The notes beneath the pieces are model-generated. The model ran no database searches and was not told the origin of the DNA. It saw only the letters and a program-made list of their open reading frames with translations. From the NCBI GenBank assembly GCA_002633005.1, contig NMRA01000072.1, forward strand, positions 578,952-642,951: 64,000 bases of DNA, given 5' to 3'. The translations under genes were made by a program, and so were the position numbers. Shown in pieces: positions 14,786 through 25,500 of the stretch; the stretch's first letter is position 1, and every line of letters begins with the position of its first letter. Source of the stretch: Phoronis australis (taxonomy: Eukaryota; Animalia; Phoronida).

Positions 14786-15367
14786 GAGAACTTTATTTAT
14801 CTGCCCATCATACATACCTTTATGTGTTCATATCAAGACAACTTTGGAAATAAATATTGCAGTTGTCGTTTCCGGCATAGCATGAACTTTCCTGCATGGC
14901 TCAAGACAAGGTCTACATTTTGTTACATTGTCGTGGAAAGTATGTTTAATTTCTATTTACTGTGTGAAGCTTGTATTAAAATTTTTGTTTATCATACTTT
15001 TCATCAATACATATTTGAAATGATGTTGTTTATCTTTAATTTTTTAAAGTAATGCATTTTGACAAAGTTAAGTAAGTCGCAAACTGCATGTCAACAAAAA
15101 AGTCACAAAATAATATTAATAATTTGCCCGAACCAATTATCAGATTTCAACTTCCCTGATGAAAAATCTTGAAATGATACTAGCTTATTTTTGAAACCTT
15201 GTTTTGTATAAATTTATTGAGTTTGATGTTAGCTATGGAGGGCTGAAGTGAAGCACCCGTGGAATTTCTAGTCGGGAGTGTCATACCTTGTAGTATTATA
15301 TGTAGTGTATTGGGGACGATCAGAAGCTGAGGATGCCAGTGCTCGCACTACCATAACCATAGGCAGG

Positions 15368-16924
15368 CAATTACATCGCCCTGGATGCCGCAGGCTTACA
15401 GGGGCGATAGTACATTCCCACAAAAAGTTACAAATTTCAAAATACAGGAAATAAAATCAAATGAAACATGCATATAGGCACATGGATTTATAATTATTTA
15501 CACATACCATAAGTCTGGAGACGATTCAGTGAAGATAATTTGAACAAATCATTGAAAATCTGTCGCGGTTTGCTCGGGTTTCTCTTACTGGTGCCATTTT
15601 GAGGAAAGCATGCATGTTGACAAATAAAAAGTCCAAGGGACGCAAATCTTACAAATTTCACCCGATACATTCCCATGATGTTTTGCAAGTGTCACGTGCC
15701 AGCGTCACGTGCTTCGCTCAGTCTCACGCTAGCCTTTGCCTAACTCACGAAATACTTTGTGGTTATCGTGCGCTTGGTGAAAAAGTCAACGATGACCAAA
15801 AAAGTGGAGTTGGAATTCTTTGCCAAAGTCACCTTCTCGTAACCAAGGTTCATCGAAGATATGTGTAGATCAGTAAAAAGGTCCACTGAAGAAAATAGGC
15901 AGTTTTTTAAGTGATATTTTTAAATGTGTAATGTATTTTTGACATGGTGAAAACTCTTAATTGGTGATGGGATTTGGCCTACCGCTTGTTTAAAATACAT
16001 GGGACAAAATTCGTACAGAAAGCGATGGGAAGTATTGTAGCCCCTAACCGGCCAACCGAAGGGCTACTTGTTGCCTAAGCCATAGGTAGTAGCTAGTATG
16101 GGAAATGCCGAGGGGTAATAGCTGCACCTTCAAGTGAACACTAGGGTTTATCGTTAGAGACAGGAATATTTCTTGAAGAGACCATTCTATTTTAAAGCTT
16201 CAATCAGAATTTCTGTCAGATTTAGGCAGGATGTGCAGTAGGCAACACATAGCTCCTTGGTTAGCTGGTTAGGGGGTACAATACTTCCCATCACTTTCCG
16301 TACAAATTTCGTCCTGTGTATTTTAAACGGGTGGTATATGAAATCTGCTCACCGAGTAAAAGTTTTCACCTCGTCAAAAAATACATTCTACACTTAAAAA
16401 TGAGCTTACTTTCTTCAGTGATCCTTTCTGCTTCTACACATATCTTCGATGAAGCATATCTACGAGAATCAAGGTGACTTTGGCTAAGAATTCGAACTCC
16501 ACTTTTTGGTCACCATTTCTATTTTCACCGCGTGCGCGATAGCCCCATAGTATTTCAACTGAGTCACTCGAGTTATGCAAAGGGTAGGGCAAGACTTGAC
16601 ACTTGCAAAATAGCTTGGGAAGATATCAGGTGAAATTTGTACTAGATTTGTGTCACTTGGACTTTTTGTTCATCAACAGGTGGGATTTCACGTAACTTCC
16701 TCAAAATGGCACCCACTGAGAGAAACTCAAGCGAACGGCGACAGATTTTCATGGATTTGTTCAAGTTATGTTGACTAAATTATATCCAGAGTCATGGTAT
16801 GTGTTAATTATAATTCCATGTGCATATATGCATGTTTCATTCGATTTTATTTGCTGTATTTTGAAATGATTAACTTTTTATGGGAATGTACTATTGCCCT
16901 TCGGCATGCAGGGTGATGTAATTG
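15368..16924. mobile_element. Foldback element: ~700-bp imperfect inverted arms (15368-16077 / 16239-16924) with a ~160-bp spacer
   Basis: CAATTACATCGCCCTG...CAGGGTGATGTAATTG termini and collinear reverse-complement matches along both arms. Confidence 0.85.
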
Positions 16925-18660
16925 ACTAGATGTGCGGGTACGGGTTTATTTCCCAAGGCAATAAAAATATTTTTCTTTCCAGAACATTTGACCCTGCCGT
17001 AACATAATTATGATAATCAGCTATTCTTTAAAGTGAAAACTAAGGAAGCATTAAAAAATACTGTATTGTACACAAAGTATGTGATGTATTTATCAAAGTC
17101 ACATCCGGTTGAAAGATGGTTGTATGAAGGTTATCGTCAACTTACAGCTAGGTAGAGCTGTGTGTTGAGCTCTGTTAGATATACTCCGCCTTTTGTTACA
17201 AAAAAAAGTCTGTCATCCTATTTAAAAGCATTGCGCTTGAGACACGCATAGTCGCCATTTCCTATTGAAATTCTGCGATATCTCTGGGAAGATTATGACA
17301 GCTTCACAGTATATTGGGTTTGCTGGTATTAAAATACTGAAATCTTGTAACGAAATGAAACCAGTTCCGATTATGACTTGTATGCAACCTCTTGGAAGAG
17401 AACAGTTGGTTGAAGAATCGTGAAAATTGACCAATAGGAGATGCAATATTTCATGGCGCCAAAAGCTGACACTAAAGAGCACACCCCAATTTTAGTAGCA
17501 AAATTACGATAAAACGCCGGGGGAGACTGAGTTAGTGTGAACTATGCATTTTTATGCGCCCACATAGTTATATGTAGACACATTATGCCGTTATCTCCGT
17601 CCGTCCGGTGTCCAGCGTCCGGCGTTCGCTGCTCCTATCTCCAAAACCCTTTGACGTACGTTCATGAAATTTGCACATATGTTTCTATCATGGATGGGAC
17701 GGCATGAGCAAACTTTCGGAGGGATCCGACTACCGGTGTGCTCCCTAGTGGCGGCAATTTAATTTTTTTACGCTTACCTCTATATCTTCAAAGGTCCGAA
17801 ATGTATTTTCATAAAATTTGGCATTTAGGCATCTATTAGTGAGATGACACTATCCTCCCGTTTTCAGATGGATTTGACGTAGTTTGCGCCACCTAGTGGC
17901 CATTTTTGCTGTTTTCGAGTCTGTTTTTTGGCGTCCACCCCTGATCGTGGAAATTGGCATGTATGTTTTTATTATGAAGAGGACGACTGACGATGATTTT
18001 CCGACGATTTCGACTACTGTGGCACTTCCTAGTGGCAGTTTTGTCTCTTTTTTTCACGCATGGCTGTATCTCTGAAAGCGTTTGCAGCATCTTTGCTAAA
18101 TTTAGCAAGTGTATTTATATGATGTTAACAACAGAATGAAAACAACTTTCAGATGGATCTGACTACCAGTTTGCCCCCTAGTGGCAATTTGCATTTTTTA
18201 TACTTACCTCTGTATCTTCAAAGGTCCTCAACGGATTATCAAAAAGTTTGGAATATAGGCATTTATTGGTGAGATGATGCTATCCTGTTTTCAGATGGAA
18301 CTGAGGAACTTTTGCACCACCTTGTGGCCATTTTTCCTGTTTTCGAGTCTTGTTTTTTGGCGTCCACCCCTCGATCAACCAAACCATTCTGAGGATGACT
18401 TTGAAAATTGGTGTATATGTTCTCAGTGTGAAGAGGACGGTTGACAATAACGCATTCAACTACTGTAGCGCCTTTTGTGCCCATAGCTGCATTTCCTAAG
18501 CTTTCTGCAGGATCTTTATTAAATTTAGTAATTTAATTGTAAATATATGAAGCTAACAACAGATGACGACATCTTTCAGGCGGATCTAATTAAGGCTGTC
18601 CCAAAGTGGCAATTTCATTATTTTTTGTTTTCCTTTGTTTCTCTTAAGTTCCTTGACAGA

Positions 18661-21107
18661 TTTTTATGCGCCCACATATTTATATGTGGACGCATTATGC
18701 CGTCATCTCTGTCCGTCCGTCCGTCCGTCCGTCCGGGCGGCGTCCGTCCGGCGTCTGGCGTCCGGCGTCCGCTGCTCTATCTCCAAAACCCTTTGACATA
18801 CATTCATGAAATTTGGCACATATGTTCCATTCATGAATGGGACGGCATGTGCGAACTTTCGGATGGATCCGACTACCGGTGTGCCCCCTAGTAGCAATTT
18901 TAGTTTTTTACGCTTACCTTTGTATCTTCAAAAGTCCTGAACGGATTTTCATGAAATTTGGTATGTAGGCACCTAGTAGTAAGATGACGCTATCCTGCCG
19001 TTTTCGGATGGATTCGACATAGTTTGCGCCACCTAGTGGCCATTTTTACTGTTTTCGAGTCTGTTTTTGTGCTTCCACCCCTCTATCAACCAAACCGCTC
19101 AAAGGATGATTGTGAAAATTGGCATGTATGTGCTTACTATGTAGAGGACGGTTGACGATGATTTTCCGACGATTTCGACTACTGTGGCGCCTCCTAGTGG
19201 CAGTTTTGTTTTTTTTGCGCCTATGGCTGTATCTCCTAAACCGTTAGCAGGATCTTTACGAAATTGTGTAAGTATATTTATATGATGTTAACAACGGAAG
19301 ATGACGACTTTTGGACGGATCCGACTACCGGTGTGCCCCCTAGTGGCAATTTTAATTTTTTTACGCTTACCTTTGTATCTTCACAAGTCCTTATTGGATT
19401 TTCATGAAATTTGGTATGTAGGCACCTATTAGTGAGATGACGCTATCCTCCCGTTTTCAGATGGATTCGACATAGTTTGCGCCACCTAGTGGCCATTTTT
19501 ACTGTTTTCGAGTCTGTTTTTGTGCGTCCACCCCTCTATCAACCAAACCGCTCAAAGGATGATTGTGAAAATTGGCATGTATATGCTTACTATGTAGAGG
19601 ACGGTTGACGATGATTTTCCGACGATTTCGACTACTGTGGCGCCTCCTAGTGGCAGTTTTGTTTTTTTGCGCCTATGGCTGTATCTCCTAAACCGTTCGC
19701 AGGATCTTTACGAAATTGTGTAAGTATATTTATATGATGTTAACAACGGAAGATGACGACTTTTGGACGGATCCGACTACCGGTGTGCCCCCTAGTGGCA
19801 ATTTTAATTTTTTTACGCTTACCTTTGTATCTTCACAAGTCCTTATTGGATTTTCATGAAATTTGGTATGTAGGCACCTATTAGTGAGATGACGCTATCC
19901 TCCCGTTTTCAGATGGATTCGACATAGTTTGCGCCACCTAGTGGCCATTTTTAGTGTTTTCGAGTCTGTTTTTGTGCGTCCACCCCTCTATCAACCAAAC
20001 CGCTCAAAGGATGATTGTGAAAATTGGCATGTATATGCTTACTATGTAGAGGATGGTTGACGATGATTTTCCGACGATTTCGACTACTGTGGCGCCTCCT
20101 AGTGGCAGTTTTGTTTTTTTGCGCCTATGGCTGTATCTCCTAAACCGTTCGCAGGATCTTTACAAATTGTGTAAGTATATTTATATGATGTTAACAACGG
20201 AAGATGACGACTTTTGGTCGGATCCGACTACCGGTGTGCCCCCTAGTGGCAATTTTAGTTTTTTACGCTTACCTTTGTATCTTCAAAAGTATTGAACGGA
20301 TTTTCATGAAATTTGGTATGTAGGCACCTATTAGTGAGATGACGCTATCCTACTGTTTTCAGATGGATTCGACGTAGTTTGCGCCACCTAGTGGCCATTT
20401 TTACTGTTTTCGAGTCTGTATTTTTGCGTCCACCCCTCTATCAACCAAACCGCTCAAAGGATGATTGTGAAAATTGGCGTGTATGTGCTTACTATAAGGA
20501 AGACAGCTGACAATGATTTTCAGACGATTTGGACTACTGTGGCGCCTCCTAGTGGCAGTTTTGTTTTTTTGCGCCCATGGCTGTATCTCCCAAACCGTTT
20601 GCAGGATCTTTACTAAATTTAGCAAGTGTATTTATGTGATGTTGACAACGGACGATGACGACTTTAGGATGATTCTGATTACCGGTATGCCTCTAGTGGC
20701 AATTTTAGTATTTGCCTCTAGTGGCAATTTTAGTATTTTACATTGACCTCTGTATTTTCATAGGTCTTCAGGTGTATACTTTGTGTTACTTCGTGACTGT
20801 GAAGGAAAAGTTCCAAGTAGAAATTTGTTTCTGGCATTCTAATGCTGTGCTAATCTCGTATGTTGGTAAATTTGTTTTTAATTCTATGTTTCTGTGGTGC
20901 TTTAAGCAACTGGTGTATAGGATGTGCTTGTATTATGAAGATTACTCACATTTTGCCCCTAGCCTATTGAGGAGACAATGACCATGCCTTTCCATTTTGC
21001 AAAGTATGCCCTCTACTGGCCACTTTATGGTACCAATAAACAACCCTAGAAGGATACCGTATGCGGTGCAATTGTGGGCGCATTTCAACGCTCCGCGTTG
21101 CTCTTGT
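18661..21107 (+). mobile_element. HINE/DINE-1-like element (inner copy B) with ~452-bp tandem array
   Basis: TTTTTATGCGCCCACAT...ATGTGGACGCA, (GTCC)6, about four near-identical 452-bp units (18870-20700), 3' GTGGGCGCATTTCAACGCTCCGCGTTGCTCTTGTT. Confidence 0.85.
18870..20740 (+). repeat. Higher-order tandem repeat: 452-bp unit made of three diverged ~145/161/146-bp subunits
   Basis: Marker GCGCCACCTAGTGG at 19026, 19479, 19931, 20381. Confidence 0.92.
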
Positions 21108-22425
21108 TATGAAATTTGGTATATAGCTTTCTATTAAAAAAGAGATGGCATATACCCATTTTCAGATGGATTGGATGTTTTTTCGCCCTCTGGTGGCTAT
21201 TTTTATGAAACAAATAAACAACCCTAGAAGCACTCCATTTACGGTACATTCGTGGATGCATTTCAACGCTCTGCGTTGCTCTTGTATATATAATAGATGA
21301 TGAAAAAGAGCCCCACCTGCTGGCCAAGTTTGTTTTTCTCCGATTCTTCAACCAACTTTTCTTCCACAAGATTGTATACATGTCACATCAAATTATCCGG
21401 ATTGGGTTTTTTTTTTAAGTTTGTGGTATTTTGACACAAGCAAACCAAATTTCTGACCAAATTGCTTCACGAAGTTGTCATGTTTTCTTAAGAGATGTTT
21501 CAAAAAATTTAGCACATGGTACATGTCATGAGCGTACTGACTGTTGCCGGAGACTTATCCAGGAAAATGGCCTTTATTACATTGTTTTTGACTTACAGCT
21601 GTAACAGACAAGTGGAATGTTGTTGGACTCCCAGATTTTCCTTTCAACCCTCCAGGTCATTATAGCTCTTGTTGATATAAGCTAGGGACCGATAAAGTTT
21701 CTTGACGAGGTGACAAACAGAACTACCTGTATGGGCTGAAATTTGGAGGTCTGTGTGAGATTAATACGCAGCAGTTGCTAGCTGTAGTTTGATGTTAGTC
21801 TTCATACAGCTACTAGTATCTGACAGGCTATTGTGGGGATCATGCCTATTGGACGGGAGCTTATTTTGAACTGTTAGACCATACCTCTATTATACACCAT
21901 ACAAGTGAAGAAGGGAACAGTGTGTTCACCATACAAGAATATAGATACACCAGTCTGTCGAGGATCACAGTGTCGTCACTACGTGATGCTCGTGATTACC
22001 TGCTACTTGACCTTTGAATGACCCTGATCAGAGGTCAAGAAACAGCCAGTCACAGCAATCAACATGCGCTTCACGTAATCACAAGATTGCAAACCTCGCC
22101 AGACTTCCCGGCATAGCGTACGCACTACACTACTGTCTTCTTTACTTATATGGTCATATAGAAGAGGTTTAGTTCTAACAGGTCGAAATAAGCTCCTGTC
22201 AATGCAGTTTAAACGTTCAGTCTGGTCTTTTGGACAAAGTGGCACACGGGCGCTCAAATGGCAGTATTACAATCAATGACAATCATTCTCTTCGATGTTA
22301 CACACTTGAAGCATGACTAGCTTACACTGACAGCTTTTTTGATGATTTTATGAACTGCCAAGTCTATTTTCAGACCAACTTTGTTACAGTATTTGGTTTT
22401 TAGCAGAATAACTTGTATTTTGTAG

Positions 22426-22527
22426 ATGGAAACTGTGGATTCACACAACACACTGTTTGCTTTAAGGCAGACTAGTAAAGGGCGCCTGAATTACCAGAAA
22501 GAGTGGGGTTGTACCAAAGATATTCAG
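22426..22527 (+). CDS. GLE1: GLE1 coding exon 1
   Basis: tgtag|ATG GAA ACT...ATT CAG|gtgact, 34 codons; the ATG directly follows an acceptor, implying an upstream UTR exon. Confidence 0.85.
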
Positions 22528-25500
22528 GTGACTACCATATAATCGAACATTTACGCACATGTCTTTTTATATCATCAAAATTTCAGTGCATGTGTCTACG
22601 TGCAAAACATAATAGTGAAGAACAAAATTAATGAAATCAGGTACACATTGCTATAGGTATCAGAGTAATCAATGATGAATAAAATAGTTTATTAGTGACG
22701 GTTGAGTTAGCTGGTACAATAAAGAGACTGTAGATAGTGCATGAAAATTTTGTTTTGGTATGCACCTGTACTTTGTTGCATGGAACAGGTAATGATAAAA
22801 CCCATCATGAACTTTGACCTTTTATTTCTCTCTAGTGCATGCTTGAGGACTGCACTTCACCACCTAAAGTGTCCATCGGTGTCTCGGAGCACAGTGATTA
22901 TTTGACCAAAAAGGCGTTAAACCAGTGGTTGGAGAGCAATAACAACGCAAAAAACTATGACATCGCTGAGGAAGTGGAGCCAAATGTCATCACATCTTGT
23001 GAAAGTGACAATAGCTCATCAAGCAAATCGGCAAAACTGGCGAGTCCTTCCATTTGTAAAAGTAAAAGGTACTGTATGCAACTTGTGCAAAGTCTCTGCT
23101 GGGGGATTTCTTGAATGGCAGGCATTGTTTGTGTGAGAGACATTGCTTTGTTGAAGCAGCTACCATTGTATTTAGATCCATGTGCTTCTGTGTGAAGCTG
23201 CTTTCCCTGTATTTTGGAATTCGCACTTGGTCTTATGTGTGAAACAATTAGTTAAACCAAAACCCAAATTTACAAAATATCGTGTGAACGAAATGGTTGA
23301 TGTTGTATATTCAATTTAACATTAACTGACAAAAGGTATTGAGAATGGACAAAAGACACAGAAAAACACTCAGTTTACGACATGCACACACACAATGACA
23401 AGCCGCTTGTTCCTATAAGTAAAGCTTTAGCTCATGTGAAACACTTAAAGGCGAATGCCTCCCGATTTAATTAGTCTTTTTTGCTGTCTTAATCGGTCTA
23501 TTTCCACATCGCCTCGCATACAGTCGACCTTGCCTTGCCAAGAGGTATCGCGTTAACCTGTGATGAAGGTGAGAAATGACGCTAGCGACGTCAGTGGTTC
23601 ATATGCAGAGTGAATGCCGCTATGTTACGGTGTATCGTTCCTGCTTGTCTGAACTAAGGAGCCGCGAGGAAAGCGAGTATATCGTTTTTTTTTACTTCCT
23701 CGAGAGTCCGAAATGCTTAGGAAGTGGCTCATGGTAGTGAAGAATGAAATGTACGCTGTAAATAGCAAGTATGAGGCCATGAAACATCTCCGTGTCTGTG
23801 GCCTGCAGACGACGTCGACAGTGCCTTTCGAATGCCGGCTTACTAAGTAACTCCATACGTTCCGTTGTCTGAGCTTGTTCACGGCGCCTCTCTAGTATTT
23901 CTTCATCACTGTATTCCTGTTCGAATTGATAGCCTGTAAAACTTAACAATCCACGTGCGAAGTCGGGATTGATGAGCCACTCTAGCTCGTCCTAAGTCGG
24001 GATTGCGAGTTGCCATGTTGGCGTTTATTACTGAGCGTTCTNTAGCTCATCAAACAAATCGGCAAAACTGGCGAGTCCTTCCATTTGTCAAAGTAAAAGG
24101 TACTGTATGCAACTTGTGCAAAGTCTCTGCTGGGGGATTTCTTGAATGGCAGGCATTGTTTGTGTGAGAGAGATCATTGCTTTGTTGAAGCAGCTACCAT
24201 TTTTGATGAACGTATTTAGATCCACGTGCCTCTGTGTGAAGCCGCTTTCCCTGTGTTCTGGAATTCGCACTTGGTCTTATGTGTGAAACAATTAGTTAAA
24301 CCAAAAAGCAAATTTATGAAATATCGTGTGAATGAAATGGTTGATGTTGTATATTCAATTTAACATTAAGTGTCGAAAGGTATTGAGAATGGACAAAAGA
24401 CACGGACAAACTCTCAGTTTACGACATGCGCACACACACACACACACAATGTCTAGCCGCCTGTTCCTATAAGTAAAGCTTTAGCTCATGTGAAACATTT
24501 AACAAGTAAAAAATTGTCTACGAAAAAACATATTATTTGGAATATAGACATATGTCCAGCATGGGCCTAATTACGTGCACATTTGTTATGTTCATTGTCG
24601 TTGCTGATTTTCGATGTCACAAATAATAACTTTTGAACTAGACCACTTACCGGGAAGTTGGACGAGATTTTGAGTAGAGTGAGCCAAGTTTGGGAAGTAT
24701 TGACAAAGTGTTGTTAGTGAACACTGAACTTAAAGGGACACTATCGGTTTCATGGCTGAAAAACTCATTTTTGGGAGTATTGTTGTTTGGGATAAACTTT
24801 GACCAGAGCTATAAAACAACAAAATCCTTGTGTTTTTGTGATTTTGTTACAAAATTTGTCAAATCTCACCGTTGTCTGCCAGACATTCGCTGCCAGCAAG
24901 GCAGTTGTCTTCACCATTTAAATATGTTGTTACGAAACGCGTGTGATTTGACACTGCAGTAGAGTATCAGGCTGCTACTGCAGAGCTAGAGGGATCGATT
25001 ACGCTCTACTGCTGATTTCTGTAAATCATTTTTTGTACCGAGAATATCCTTTTAATGATAAAAATAATATTTTGTTGTTGTTATTGTTGTTAGGCCATCA
25101 CCAAGGAAGCGACAGATGCACCCAACATCTCCAGAGCCTAACATAACACAATACAATTACCTTCAGTCATCATATTGCAACAGTCAAGTAGTGTCACCGC
25201 AAGCGTGCAAGGTTGAGATGAACATCAAACACATTGAAGAAGAGATGAGGACTGAGGCAGAGGTAAAACTACATTTGTCAACAGCCTATATGTTCAAAGG
25301 GTATTTCTTACTGGAGGCCTAAACAAGAATGTCGTGGAGTAGGCTGTCAAAGGTTTAGCAAATAACTTTCTTATGATAGCAATTGGTTTCTACCATCAAA
25401 GGAATTGCTGTAAATGATATGTCACTGAAGAGACTCAGTTTTAGAAGCTTTAGTCAATCCAGGCCTGCTTTTCAACACTTGTGTTCGTTGCCTGTTGTCT

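Larger units (their letters stand above)
17549..21285 (+). mobile_element. HINE/DINE-1-like non-autonomous Helentron element (outer copy A, interrupted by copy B)
   Basis: 5' TTTTTATGCGCCCACAT with a nearby inverted copy and (GTCC)n tract; internal ~150-bp tandem subunits; 3' GTGGATGCAT + CAACGC-tct-GCGTTG hairpin + CTCTTGT. Confidence 0.8.

Noticed and set aside
17146-17258. Alternative first coding exon of CLUH
   Set aside because: As assembled it contains a stop. Even after correcting the T-run, splicing to CLUH exon 2 would create T+AG = stop.
17700-20760. CRISPR-like appearance of regularly spaced CTAGTGG motifs, and short ORFs in the array
   Set aside because: The intervening sequences are themselves repeated rather than unique spacers, there are no cas genes, and the context is eukaryotic. 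The ORFs are incidental frames of the tandem repeat.
24043-24099. Extra GLE1 exon
   Set aside because: Partial copy with no acceptor, starting at an N join; probably the alternate haplotype.
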